This document shows positions 44,367-53,797 of a stretch of 64,000 nt of DNA, one piece after another. Below the pieces are notes generated by a model. The model saw only the letters and a list, made by a program, of their open reading frames with translations, had not been told where the DNA came from and made no database searches. The DNA comes from Chitinophagales bacterium (lineage in GTDB: Bacteria; Bacteroidota; Bacteroidia; Chitinophagales; BACL12). Both the position numbers and the translations under genes were made by a program. Position 1 is the stretch's first letter. Every line of letters starts with the position of its first letter. The stretch is taken from the NCBI GenBank assembly GCA_020636645.1, contig JACJXO010000002.1, positions 106,465-170,464 of the forward strand, given 5' to 3'.

Positions 44367-44404
44367 TTGTTTGTAAATCCAAAATGATATAATTTTGATA
44401 TCAA
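44367..44404 (+). promoter_or_regulatory. Predicted Bacteroidota-type promoter (TTG ... TAATTTTG) overlapped by the palindrome TTGATATCAA and a TGATAT direct repeat
   Basis: The -7-like TAATTTTG lies at 44390-44397, with TTG at 44367-44373. The palindrome spans 44395-44404, 12 nt upstream of the ATG at 44416. Confidence 0.35.
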
Positions 44405-44415
44405 ATTGAATTACC

Positions 44416-45267
44416 ATGATGACTGACAAGATCGTTAAACCAGGATCAGGATATCTCTGGCTTATTTTATTTTTTTTGACCCTGGCAGGCTCCATATACG
44501 GCATGGCGGCCGTACATCCTGCCTTTGCCATAGGCCTGCTTGTGCCGGTACTCATCATTTCAGGACTGTTTGTGGTCAATCCGAACGACAGTAAGGTACT
44601 GGTGCTTTTTGGAGCATATGTGGGTACTGTAAAGACCAATGGATTTTATTTTGCAAACCCTTTCTATTCAAAAAAGAAGGTCACCCTGCGTGTTCGCAAC
44701 ATTGAGGGTGACAAGATCAAAGTGAACGACAAGGAAGGAAACCCCATCATTATAGGTACGGTCATCGTTTGGCAGGTTACAGATTCAGCCAAAGCCTCAT
44801 TTGAAGTAGATAATTATGAGCATTATGTGAAGCTGCAGAGCGATGCTGCGGTTCGTCACCTGGCTGGCACTTATTCCTATGACCATTTTGACGATGAACA
44901 GAAAGACATCACCCTGCGTGCCGGCGGCGATCAGATCAATGCAGAACTTGTCAAAGAGCTGGAAGAGCGCCTCGGTCTGGCCGGTGTGCGGGTACTGGAA
45001 GCCCGTATAACCCACCTGGCCTATGCAGAAGAGATAGCCGGTGCCATGTTGCAACGCCAGCAGGCAACGGCAGTGGTTGCTGCACGTACCAAGATCGTGG
45101 AGGGTGCTGTTGGTATGGTAGAAATGGCTCTCCAGATGCTGAGCAAACAGCAGATAGTAGAACTGGATGAAGAAAAGAAGGCAGCCATGGTCAGCAATCT
45201 GCTCGTGGTCTTGTGTTCTGATAAGGCAGCCAACCCGGTGGTCAATACCGGCACCTTACATCATTAA
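44416..45267 (+). CDS. SPFH/band-7 domain membrane protein
   Basis: 283 aa with two N-terminal TM segments followed by an SPFH core (VLVLFGAYVGTVKTNGFYFANPF...). Confidence 0.8.
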   Translation: MMTDKIVKPGSGYLWLILFFLTLAGSIYGMAAVHPAFAIGLLVPVLIISGLFVVNPNDSKVLVLFGAYVGTVKTNGFYFANPFYSKKKVTLRVRNIEGDKIKVNDKEGNPIIIGTVIVWQVTDSAKASFEVDNYEHYVKLQSDAAVRHLAGTYSYDHFDDEQKDITLRAGGDQINAELVKELEERLGLAGVRVLEARITHLAYAEEIAGAMLQRQQATAVVAARTKIVEGAVGMVEMALQMLSKQQIVELDEEKKAAMVSNLLVVLCSDKAANPVVNTGTLHH

Positions 45268-45285
45268 CAGGTAGTATTGCAACTG

Positions 45286-45807
45286 ATGGCATACAGTGAA
45301 TACAATGAACGATCAACCATTACAGACCTTGGCCTGAAGGTACTACTGGCATCTTCTGCCATCATGTCAACGGGAATCATGCTGGCTGTTTACATACAGG
45401 CCGACAGAAATGGTGAAGATACCACTGAGCTGCTATGGGCTCTTGCACTGGTGCTGGTCATGGAAGTGGTATTATTCTTCCTGATTTTTCGCTCTCCAAT
45501 GATCATAGACGGCAGCCATGAGGGCATACAGGTTCGGTACAGGCCTTTTATGATCAGGAACCGTGTGTTTTTATGGAAGGAAGTGTCTGCCTGGCAGATC
45601 AGAAAAGTAAGCCCCTTTGGCGAGTTTGGAGGCTGGGGTCTTCGAAGATCATTCAGAAAGAAAAAAACCGGATTGATAACCGGAGGCGGCAAGGCACTGG
45701 AATTGCAACTTCAAAGCGGGCATACCTGGGTAGTCAGTACCGGTAATCCGGAAATGCTTGCTATGTTCTGCAGAAAATATGCCGCAGATAAGGAGGTACA
45801 GGTATGA
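45286..45807 (+). CDS. Membrane protein with two TM helices and a bacterial PH-like C-terminal region
   Basis: The TM pair is LKVLLASSAIMSTGIMLAVYI / LWALALVLVMEVVLFFLIF. This is followed by ...FLWKEVSAWQIRKVSPFGEFGGWGLR.... Its end overlaps the next gene by ATGA. Confidence 0.55.
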   Translation: MAYSEYNERSTITDLGLKVLLASSAIMSTGIMLAVYIQADRNGEDTTELLWALALVLVMEVVLFFLIFRSPMIIDGSHEGIQVRYRPFMIRNRVFLWKEVSAWQIRKVSPFGEFGGWGLRRSFRKKKTGLITGGGKALELQLQSGHTWVVSTGNPEMLAMFCRKYAADKEVQV

Positions 45808-46001
45808 GTGCTCCTAAGAAGCCATTTGCCCTGCGCCTGGGCTCAGATATAATGGAGGCTCTTGAAAAATGGGCTTCCGATGAATTCCGTTCTACCAATG
45901 GCCAGATCGAGTACCTGCTCCATGATGCCCTGAAAAGGGCAGGCAGGCTGCCGGGAAAGTCACAGGATAACAAAGATAGGAGCAGCTCTAAAAGCAGCTA
46001 G
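45804..46001 (+). CDS. Arc/MetJ-type ribbon-helix-helix DNA-binding protein
   Basis: 65 aa. KKPFALRLGSDIMEALEKWASDEFRSTNGQIEYLLHDALKRAG is the typical Arc-family RHH pattern. Confidence 0.75.
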   Translation: MSAPKKPFALRLGSDIMEALEKWASDEFRSTNGQIEYLLHDALKRAGRLPGKSQDNKDRSSSKSS

Positions 46002-46053
46002 TACAGGAATTTGGTTTATACCAAAGACTCCGTATCTTTGTGACAACTTCGAA

Positions 46054-46085
46054 AGAGGGGGCATTTTGTCCCCTCTTTTCTTTCT
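46054..46085 (+). terminator. Terminator AGAGGGG-loop-CCCCTCT + TTTCTTTC
   Basis: A 7-bp stem is followed by a T-rich tail. It ends just before the rimP ATG. Confidence 0.6.
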
Positions 46086-46090
46086 GTGGC

Positions 46091-46561
46091 ATGGAAAACC
46101 TGACAGCACGAATCGAACAATGGCTGGCTCCTAAACTGGAGGAGCTGGATTGCTTTCTGGTGGATATCAAAGTGAAACCATCGGGCAGCAAGATCGAGGT
46201 CTATATTGACCGCGACAAAGGCCTGCAGATCGAGACCTGTGAACAGGTGAGTCGTTTTCTGGAATTCCATCTCGACAATGAAGCCGATGTGCCTTCCAAC
46301 TATAACCTCGAAGTGTCATCGCCGGGCATGGACAATCCTTTCCGCGTAGAACGGCAGTACAGAAAGAACATCGGTAAAACGGTGGAAGTACTGCTTCACA
46401 GCGGAGTGAAATACGAAGGCGTGCTGGATGCTTATGACGGAGAACAGCTTACACTGGGTATCCACCTGCCACCGAAGAAAAAGGGACAACAACCCGAAGT
46501 GCGATCGGAAATGTTTTTGTTGAAGGATATTAAATATACAAAAAAGAAAATTTCATTCTAA
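46091..46561 (+). CDS. rimP: Ribosome maturation factor RimP
   Basis: It occupies the conserved position upstream of nusA. LEVSSPGMDNPF is the RimP motif. The start is at the ATG at 46091. Confidence 0.85.
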   Translation: MENLTARIEQWLAPKLEELDCFLVDIKVKPSGSKIEVYIDRDKGLQIETCEQVSRFLEFHLDNEADVPSNYNLEVSSPGMDNPFRVERQYRKNIGKTVEVLLHSGVKYEGVLDAYDGEQLTLGIHLPPKKKGQQPEVRSEMFLLKDIKYTKKKISF

Positions 46562-46572
46562 AACCATCAGCC

Positions 46573-47814
46573 ATGAACAGTTTAGAACTGGTTGAAAGCT
46601 TCAGTGAATTTAAGGACGTCAAGAATATAGACCGTCCCACACTGATGAAAGTGCTGGAAGACATCTTCCGCAGTGTCATTCGTAAGAAGTACGAAACGGA
46701 TGAGAATTTTGATGTGATCGTCAACACCGAAAAGGGTGACCTGGAGATCTGGCACAGACGGGAGATCGTTCCCGATGGTGAAGTGGAGAATCCCGCCACC
46801 CAGATCGCCCTCAGCGAAGCCCTCCTGCAGGAGCCGGACTTTCAGGTGGGTGAAGAGACCTATGAGGCGGTCAGCATTGAAAGCTTTGGACGACGTGCCA
46901 TTCTTACCATCCGTCAGACCCTGGTTCAGAAGATCCTCGAACTGGAAAAAGATGAGATCTTTAAGAAATACAATGACCGTGTTGGAGACATCGTGACCGG
47001 CGAGGTGTATCAGGTTTGGAAAAAAGAAGTTCTCCTGCTTGATGATGATGGAAATGAACTGATCCTGCCCAAAGGAGAAATGATCCCTTCAGATATTTAT
47101 AAAAAGGGAGATACCCTGCGTGCTGTGGTCAAGTCTGTAGAATTCAGAAATAACAGTCCGCTGGTCATCATGAGCCGTACCTCACCGCTTTTCCTGGCCA
47201 AGCTGCTGGAACAGGAAGTGCCGGAAGTGTTTGATGGTATCATCGTGATACGCAAGATCGTTCGTGCACCCGGCGAACGTGCCAAAGTGGCTGTAGAAAG
47301 CTATGATGACCGGATCGATCCGGTAGGCGCCTGCGTAGGTATGAAAGGAAGCCGCATACATGGTATTGTGCGTGAACTGCGTAACGAGAATATCGATATC
47401 ATCAATTTTACCAATAACAATTCACTCCTGATACAACGTGCCCTGAGTCCTGCCAGGATCAACAGCATTGAATTGTACAATGATGTCATGAAGGCAGCCG
47501 TTTTTCTGGCCCCTGATCAGGTGTCGCTGGCAATTGGTAAGGGCGGTCTTAACATCAAACTGGCTTGTCAGCTGACCGGGTATGATATTGATGTGTTCCG
47601 CGATACAGATGAGGAAGAATACGATGTGGATCTGGATGAATTTGCAGATGAAATTGAAGGATGGATCATTGATGAACTTAAGAGCATAGGCTGCGACACC
47701 GCCAAAAGCGTGCTGGAGCTGAGTGTAGATGACCTGGTGAGAAGGGCAGACCTGGAAGAGGAGACCATCCGTGAGGTGATCAAGATCCTGAAAGAGGAGT
47801 TTGAAGAAGACTGA
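46573..47814 (+). CDS. nusA: Transcription termination/antitermination factor NusA
   Basis: S1 and KH domains are present (GACVGMKGSRI, AIGKGGLNIKLA). It is 413 aa. Confidence 0.92.
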   Translation: MNSLELVESFSEFKDVKNIDRPTLMKVLEDIFRSVIRKKYETDENFDVIVNTEKGDLEIWHRREIVPDGEVENPATQIALSEALLQEPDFQVGEETYEAVSIESFGRRAILTIRQTLVQKILELEKDEIFKKYNDRVGDIVTGEVYQVWKKEVLLLDDDGNELILPKGEMIPSDIYKKGDTLRAVVKSVEFRNNSPLVIMSRTSPLFLAKLLEQEVPEVFDGIIVIRKIVRAPGERAKVAVESYDDRIDPVGACVGMKGSRIHGIVRELRNENIDIINFTNNNSLLIQRALSPARINSIELYNDVMKAAVFLAPDQVSLAIGKGGLNIKLACQLTGYDIDVFRDTDEEEYDVDLDEFADEIEGWIIDELKSIGCDTAKSVLELSVDDLVRRADLEEETIREVIKILKEEFEED

Positions 47815-47924
47815 TGATGATCCGCCCGGCACATCATGCTCCACATGATTGCTGAACGGATAATCTTAACTTTGTAACCAATGACCGGGCGATGGTTTCG
47901 TGTAATCCATCTCCCAAAGTGAAT

Positions 47925-50621
47925 ATGCCGGAAGAAAAGACCATAAGAATTGCCGCCGCCTCCCGTGAGTTTAACGTGGGTGTTCAGCACATTGTCGAGT
48001 TCCTTCAGGAGAAGGGATTCGAGGTGGATGCCAAACCCAATACCAAACTCACCCAGGAGATGTACACCCTGCTCATCAAGGAATACTCCAAAGACAAGGT
48101 GCTCAAGGAGAAAGCAGACCAGGTGAACATTGGTGTGGCCAGGCAGTTGGATAAGGAGGAAGCTGAAAAAGTGGAAACGGTAACTGAAGTGCCTCAGGTG
48201 GAAGTACCGGTTGAAGTAATAGCTGAAAAGAAAACGGAAGAAGAGGCACCTAAGCAAACCGAAAAGAAAGAAGAAGAACCTCCGGTTCAGGAAGAACAGC
48301 CGGCAGAAGAAGAGGTCATCAAGGCCCGAAAAGAGAAAGTAGAGATGAAGGTGCTGGGTAAGATTGACCTGGAAAGCACCAGGAAGAAACCAGCCAAAAA
48401 GACCACCACCAAGAAAGAAGAGCCTCCTGTAGTGGAAGAGAAACCGGTAGAAGAACCGGTTGTGAAGAAAGAAGAGCCTGTTGTTGCTAAAAAAGAGACT
48501 CCCCCCGAACCGGAGATGATCGAGACCAAACGGGTCAAACTGGAAGGTCCGAAGGTGATGGGCAAGATCATCATCAAGGAAGAAAAGAAACCGGAGAAAA
48601 AGGCAGACGGCGACGATAAGAAAAAACGCAAGCGCATACGGAAACCGGAGCGGATCAATGTAGATCGCCACCGCGATACGAATGATCGCCGCGATAACCG
48701 CAACAAACCACCACTCGATCCGGAAGAGCACCAGCGCCAGATTCAGGAACAGATCCGCAGTACACTGGCCAAACTGGGCACCGGTAAAGGCAAGTCGCAG
48801 AAGAGCAAAATAAGAAAGCACAAACGGGAAGTTGCCAGAGAAGAACAGGACGGAATGCAGCCTGATTCCAGCATCCTGCAGGTGGCTGAATTCACCTCGC
48901 TGTCAGAACTGGCCAGCCTGATGAACATTGCTCCTACAGAACTTGTACAGAAATGTTTCGACTTGGGTACCATGGTGTCCATCAACCAGCGTCTGGATGC
49001 TGAGATCATAGAGCTGCTGGCTGAAGAATTCGGCTTCCAGGTCAAGTTCATCAACGTACTGGAAGACGACGAAGAAGCGGAAGAAATAGCAGATGCCCCT
49101 GAAAGCCTGTTAACCAGACCGCCCATCGTGACCATCATGGGTCATGTGGACCACGGTAAAACATCTTTGCTGGATTACATTCGTGAGTCTAACGTGGTGG
49201 CAGGCGAAAAAGGTGGTATCACCCAGCACATCGGTGCTTATGAAGTACAGACAGAAGCCGGTCGCCGCATTGCATTCCTGGATACTCCGGGTCACGAAGC
49301 CTTCACCGCCATGCGGGCAAGGGGTGCCAAACTGACCGATATTGCCATCATTGTGGTAGCAGCTGATGACCAGGTGATGCCGCAAACCAGGGAAGCCATC
49401 AGCCACGCACAGGCTGCCGGTGTGCCGATGGTCTTTGCCATCAATAAGATAGATAAGCCTACTGCCAATCCTGATAAGATCAAGGAGCAACTGTCGCAAT
49501 TGAATATTCTGGTAGAAGACTGGGGCGGAAAGTTCCAGAGTCAGGAGATCTCTGCCAAGAGCGGACTCAACGTAGATGTACTGCTGGAAAAAGTATTGCT
49601 GGAAGCAGACCTGCTTGACCTGAAGGCCAATCCAGACAAGGAAGCCATAGGTACCATCATTGAAGCATCTCTGGATAAAGGCCGTGGTTACGTGAGCAAT
49701 ATCATGGTGCAGGAAGGCACACTCAAAGTGGGCGATATGGTTGTGGCAGGTCCATACTTCGGACGTGTCAAAGCCATGTTCAATGAAAGAAACCAAAAGA
49801 TCGATAAGGCCGGACCTTCTACACCTTTATTGTTACTCGGTCTGAACGGCGCACCACAGGCGGGCGAACGTTTCAAGATCTATGAAGATGAAGACGAAGC
49901 GAAGACTGTTGCCAACAGAAGGATGCAGATCGTTCGTGAACAGGGTATCCGAACCAAGAAACATATCACTCTGGAAGAGATCGGCCGACGCAAGGCACTG
50001 GGTACCTTCCGTGAACTGAATATCATCATCAAAGCCGATGTGGACGGTTCTGCAGAAGCACTGACAGACAGCCTGATGAAGCTGAGTACACCTGAAGTCC
50101 AGGTGAACGTCATCTTCAAGGGTGTGGGTCAGATCACCGAAAGTGATATCATGCTGGCTTCTGCCTCAGATGCGGTGATCGTGGGCTTCCAGGTGAGACC
50201 CTCCAGTGCAGTGCGTACCCTGGCCGATAAGGAAGGTGTAGAGATCAGGTTGTACTCCATCATCTACAAAGCCATCGAAGAAGTGAAGGATGCCATGGAA
50301 GGTCTCCTGGCACCGAAGGTGGAAGAAAAAGTGACCTGTACAGTGGAGATCCGAGAGACCTTCAAGATCAGCAAGGTGGGTACCATCGCCGGTTGTTATG
50401 TGCAGGATGGCAAGATCACCCGGAATACCCAGGTGCGCATCATCCGCGATGGCATCGTAGTGCATACCGGTACCCTGGCATCCCTCAAACGCTACAAAGA
50501 CGACGCGAAAGAAGTCACTGCAGGTATGGAGTGCGGGCTGAACATCAACAACTTCAACGACATCCAGGTAGGTGATATCATCGAAGGATTCGAAGAAGTG
50601 GAAGTGAAGCGGAAGCTCTGA
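47925..50621 (+). CDS. infB: Translation initiation factor IF-2
   Basis: The N-terminal region is K/E/P-rich. The GTPase motif is [12 protein letters not shown], with DTPGHEAF and NKID. The start is chosen at the ATG at 47925. Confidence 0.92.
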   Translation: MPEEKTIRIAAASREFNVGVQHIVEFLQEKGFEVDAKPNTKLTQEMYTLLIKEYSKDKVLKEKADQVNIGVARQLDKEEAEKVETVTEVPQVEVPVEVIAEKKTEEEAPKQTEKKEEEPPVQEEQPAEEEVIKARKEKVEMKVLGKIDLESTRKKPAKKTTTKKEEPPVVEEKPVEEPVVKKEEPVVAKKETPPEPEMIETKRVKLEGPKVMGKIIIKEEKKPEKKADGDDKKKRKRIRKPERINVDRHRDTNDRRDNRNKPPLDPEEHQRQIQEQIRSTLAKLGTGKGKSQKSKIRKHKREVAREEQDGMQPDSSILQVAEFTSLSELASLMNIAPTELVQKCFDLGTMVSINQRLDAEIIELLAEEFGFQVKFINVLEDDEEAEEIADAPESLLTRPPIVTIMGHVDHGKTSLLDYIRESNVVAGEKGGITQHIGAYEVQTEAGRRIAFLDTPGHEAFTAMRARGAKLTDIAIIVVAADDQVMPQTREAISHAQAAGVPMVFAINKIDKPTANPDKIKEQLSQLNILVEDWGGKFQSQEISAKSGLNVDVLLEKVLLEADLLDLKANPDKEAIGTIIEASLDKGRGYVSNIMVQEGTLKVGDMVVAGPYFGRVKAMFNERNQKIDKAGPSTPLLLLGLNGAPQAGERFKIYEDEDEAKTVANRRMQIVREQGIRTKKHITLEEIGRRKALGTFRELNIIIKADVDGSAEALTDSLMKLSTPEVQVNVIFKGVGQITESDIMLASASDAVIVGFQVRPSSAVRTLADKEGVEIRLYSIIYKAIEEVKDAMEGLLAPKVEEKVTCTVEIRETFKISKVGTIAGCYVQDGKITRNTQVRIIRDGIVVHTGTLASLKRYKDDAKEVTAGMECGLNINNFNDIQVGDIIEGFEEVEVKRKL

Positions 50622-50775
50622 TAATCAGCGTACCAGCTGATGCAAAACGCCGCACAAGTTGGGCTGGTCATATTGCTGTCTGCCAGAATCTGCCGGACGT
50701 AATGAGGTGAGCGGAATAGTAAGTGGATTTCTGAATGTTCCTGGTATAAGTGTCTGCTGTTCGCTAATTACCGAA

Positions 50776-50866
50776 TTTTCTCATTCTCTCATTTTCACAT
50801 TTCCCCATTCTCACATTTCCCCATTTCCCCATTTTCACATTTCTCACATTCTCACATTTTCTCATT
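50776..50866. repeat. About 11 tandem degenerate octamers YYCNCATT (AATGNGRR on the minus strand)
   Basis: Units are CTCTCATT, TTCACATT, TCCCCATT, CTCACATT, TCCCCATT, TCCCCATT, TTCACATT, TCTCACATT, CTCACATT and TTCTCATT. The last unit contains the stop codon of the minus-strand gene. Confidence 0.85.
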
Positions 50867-51542
50867 TCAAGTCCCGTCTTTCTGCCAGCACCAGTATGTC
50901 TGCCGGTGTGATGATCGGTTTGTCATAGCCGTTCGCCGTTACTTCTGCCATGGCCTTACCGATCTGATCCGTATCTACCACTGATTTCGGCGACAGCCAC
51001 TTGATCAGGTGTATGAGCCAGGTGAAGTATCTGACAAAAAAGCGATACAGTTTGCTGCTGGGTAGTATGCCACGACGGGGAATGATAGCTCCGGGCCGGA
51101 ACATGAAAGCCTGGCGGAATCCCATTTTCAACAGGTCATTTTCGGTCTTCCCTTTTACCCTGGCCCACATGATACGGCCCTGTTCCGTGCTGTCTGTTCC
51201 CTGCCCCGACACATAGGTGAAAGTGGCCTGCGGGTTGTGGCGGTGTACTTCTTTTGCCAGCGCCATACTCATATCATAAGTGAACTTTTTGAAATCGGCT
51301 TCCTGCATACCTGCTGAACTTACACCCATGCAGTGGAAGCAGGCATCATAACCGGCAAGCTGTGCTGATACCGGTGCAAAGTCCAGGAAATTGTCGTGCA
51401 GCAGCTCCTTGAGTTTGGGGTGTTGAATGCCGGCAGATCTTCTGGATACAGAAAGAACTTCTGTGACCATCGGGTCATCAAGACATTCCAGCAATACACC
51501 TTTTCCTACCATGCCGGTAGCTCCAGTTACAATGATTTTCAT
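50862..51542 (-). CDS. NAD(P)H-binding atypical SDR / epimerase-like protein
   Basis: The N-terminus is MKIIVTGATGMVGKG. It is 226 aa. Confidence 0.7.
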   Translation of the reverse strand: MKIIVTGATGMVGKGVLLECLDDPMVTEVLSVSRRSAGIQHPKLKELLHDNFLDFAPVSAQLAGYDACFHCMGVSSAGMQEADFKKFTYDMSMALAKEVHRHNPQATFTYVSGQGTDSTEQGRIMWARVKGKTENDLLKMGFRQAFMFRPGAIIPRRGILPSSKLYRFFVRYFTWLIHLIKWLSPKSVVDTDQIGKAMAEVTANGYDKPIITPADILVLAERRDLK

Positions 51543-51547
51543 AGTTC

Positions 51548-53065
51548 TTATTTATGTACAATGACGAGTAGCTCTTCCAGGTATTTCCTGTCGTTGCTAA
51601 GTCGGGGCACCTTGTGTTGTCCGCCCAGTTTTCCGCGGCTGCGCATCCATTCATAAAAAGTGCCTGTGGGTGCTATATGTACCAGCGGCATGACCAGTGC
51701 CATGTCTTTGTGCCGCTTGGCTTCATAGTCGCTGTTGAGGCTCTTCAGGGTACTGTCCAGTACTTCAGTGAACCTGCTCAGATCGTCCGGTTCCTGTTCG
51801 AATTCGATGATCCATTCATGACCGCCCTTACCATCGCCGCCTGCCATATAAACTGGTCCGGCAGTGTATTCCTTCATGACAGCATGTGTGGCACTGCAGG
51901 CTTCGTCGATGGCCTTGTCTGAATTGTCAACTATGACCTCTTCGCCAAAGGCATTGATGAAATGTTTGACTCGTCCGGATATCTGGATGCGGTGCGGGAA
52001 GAGCGTAGTGAAACGAACGGTATCGCCCAGTTTGTATCGCCATAAACCGCAGTTGGTTGAAATGACCACTGCATAATTTTTTCCGGCTTCCACGTCCTGC
52101 CATCCTACGGTTTGCGGGTCTTCCTGCTCAAATTCTTCTGCGGGAATGAACTCATAATAAATGCCATAGTCAGGCATGAGGAGCATGTCATCAGCATCAG
52201 CCCGGTCCTGGAAGGCAAAGAAACCTTCGCTGGCATTATAGGTCTCCATGTAGTGCATGCCTTCGCCGCGAATGAGCTGGTGGAACTGTTCGCGATAGGG
52301 GCGGAAGCTCACGCCGCCGTGTATATATAACTCCAGATTAGGCCAGATATCACGCAGGTTGTCTGTGCCTTTCATCTCGAACAGGCGACGGATAAGTACG
52401 ATGGTCCAGGTGGGTACACCGGCAATATGGGTGACGTTCTGGTTGACCGTATGTTCGGCCATCTTCTCGATCTTTTCTTCCCATTCGCTCATCAGGGCGA
52501 TAGAGAGTTTCGGGGTCTTTACCAGTTGGCCGAAGATGGGCATGTTCTGCATCATGACCGCACTCACATCGCCGTATTTGGAATGCTCATTGAGTTGATT
52601 CACCTGGTGGCTGCCACCCATGATGAGTCCTTTTCCGGAAAACAGTTTGGATTCCGGATGCAGGTTCAGGTAGGTGGCCAGCAGATCGCGACCACCCTGG
52701 TAATGGCAACTGTCCAGAGCTTCCTTGCTTACAGGAATGAATTTGCTCTTATCACTGGTGGTACCACTTGATTTCGCGAACCAGGAAATGGTGGATGGCC
52801 AGAGCAGATTCTGTTCGCCGTTCATGACCCGTTCTATCCACGGTTTCAGCGTGTCATAGTCCTGCACCGGCAGTCGTTTTTTCAGGTCTTCCGGTTGCTG
52901 GACACCTGCAAAGTCATGGGTCTTGCCGAACTCAGTATCACGGGCTTCCTGCATCAGATAGCGGAACACGGCCTCCTGGGTTTCCACCGGCCGGGTGGTT
53001 ACCTGTTCTATGCGGCTGATCTCTCGTTTGAAATACCAGCTGGCAACGGAATGTAGCAGGTTCAT
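51548..53065 (-). CDS. GH3 (auxin-responsive promoter) family acyl-adenylate-forming enzyme
   Basis: Motifs are WFAKSSGTTSDKSKFIPVS and the YNASEG region. It is 505 aa. Confidence 0.8.
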   Translation of the reverse strand: MNLLHSVASWYFKREISRIEQVTTRPVETQEAVFRYLMQEARDTEFGKTHDFAGVQQPEDLKKRLPVQDYDTLKPWIERVMNGEQNLLWPSTISWFAKSSGTTSDKSKFIPVSKEALDSCHYQGGRDLLATYLNLHPESKLFSGKGLIMGGSHQVNQLNEHSKYGDVSAVMMQNMPIFGQLVKTPKLSIALMSEWEEKIEKMAEHTVNQNVTHIAGVPTWTIVLIRRLFEMKGTDNLRDIWPNLELYIHGGVSFRPYREQFHQLIRGEGMHYMETYNASEGFFAFQDRADADDMLLMPDYGIYYEFIPAEEFEQEDPQTVGWQDVEAGKNYAVVISTNCGLWRYKLGDTVRFTTLFPHRIQISGRVKHFINAFGEEVIVDNSDKAIDEACSATHAVMKEYTAGPVYMAGGDGKGGHEWIIEFEQEPDDLSRFTEVLDSTLKSLNSDYEAKRHKDMALVMPLVHIAPTGTFYEWMRSRGKLGGQHKVPRLSNDRKYLEELLVIVHK

Positions 53066-53096
53066 AGAGTGGCTGCAATAGGTTGAGGCAATGTGC

Positions 53097-53786
53097 TTAT
53101 TTGTTGAACCGGGTCAGCACGGTTGATCCCTGCAGCTTACCCTTATCATCGTAGCTTTCGGTTTTTACAACCCCTACTCCGGGTGCATACCAGCTTACAC
53201 TCCTGGCACGTATCCTGAAGATCATCTTAACTTCGGTTGACTCAGAATACCGCATACATTCAAAAGTACCTGCCGGAGTGGTAACGGATTCAAATCCTTC
53301 TATCAGTCTGTCTGTTACCAGTAATGTGATCGTCATCATAGGAGTGCCGTTCACCAGTGCAGCGATCTGCATATTACCATCGGGCAATTGCTGGCCGGCT
53401 TTCGGATTCCGGGGGAACTCCATGAATTCGCCGGTTATTTCTGCTTCCATTTCGCTGATGGATTCGACGACATCAGGAGGTATCATATTAGACATATCCA
53501 CATAAAAACCTTCCTCTTTGCATTGCAGCAAGTAATCTCCGGTCATGGCTTCCTTGTCTTTATCGTCAAAAAGCTTTGTAGCGAAGATCGCTTCCAGACC
53601 GCCGTCTATATCGTGTATCTCTGTAATGGTTTGTTCCTGTCTGCCTGTCAGCTTTCCTTTTTTGTCATAATTGGTGTATTCCATGCTGGTACCTTCCCTG
53701 AAAGGGAAATACCCGTCGCAGTCCATTTGTGCAAACAGCGTTGCGGCAGACAATAGTATGGTAGCAAACAAAATGAATCTTCTCAT
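53097..53786 (-). CDS. Secreted hypothetical protein (paralog A)
   Basis: 229 aa with a signal peptide. Motifs are YDKKGKL..., TTPAGTFEC and a C-terminal ESYDDKGKLQGSTVLTRFNK. Confidence 0.6.
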   Translation of the reverse strand: MRRFILFATILLSAATLFAQMDCDGYFPFREGTSMEYTNYDKKGKLTGRQEQTITEIHDIDGGLEAIFATKLFDDKDKEAMTGDYLLQCKEEGFYVDMSNMIPPDVVESISEMEAEITGEFMEFPRNPKAGQQLPDGNMQIAALVNGTPMMTITLLVTDRLIEGFESVTTPAGTFECMRYSESTEVKMIFRIRARSVSWYAPGVGVVKTESYDDKGKLQGSTVLTRFNK

Positions 53787-53797
53787 GATACGGATTT

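Noticed and set aside
47568-48821. 417-aa minus-strand ORF, plus 48287-48706 and 48743-49138, antisense to the infB 5' region
   Set aside because: It lies opposite the K/E/P-rich low-complexity N-terminus of IF-2. Its translation is F/L/R-rich nonsense with no motifs. The infB frame carries unmistakable GTPase motifs.
50622-50645. Hairpin ATCAGC-GTACCA-GCTGAT immediately after the infB stop
   Set aside because: It has a 6-bp stem and no T-run, so it is not convincing as an intrinsic terminator.
50776-50866. Considered whether the octamer array is a CRISPR array or a coding repeat (ORF 50659-50928 translates it as FSHSLIFTFPHSHISPFPHFHISHILTFSHF)
   Set aside because: The units are 8 nt with no spacers, so it is not CRISPR. 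The ORF has no start context or signal peptide and overlaps the end of the convergent SDR gene. I treat the array as a non-coding tandem repeat.
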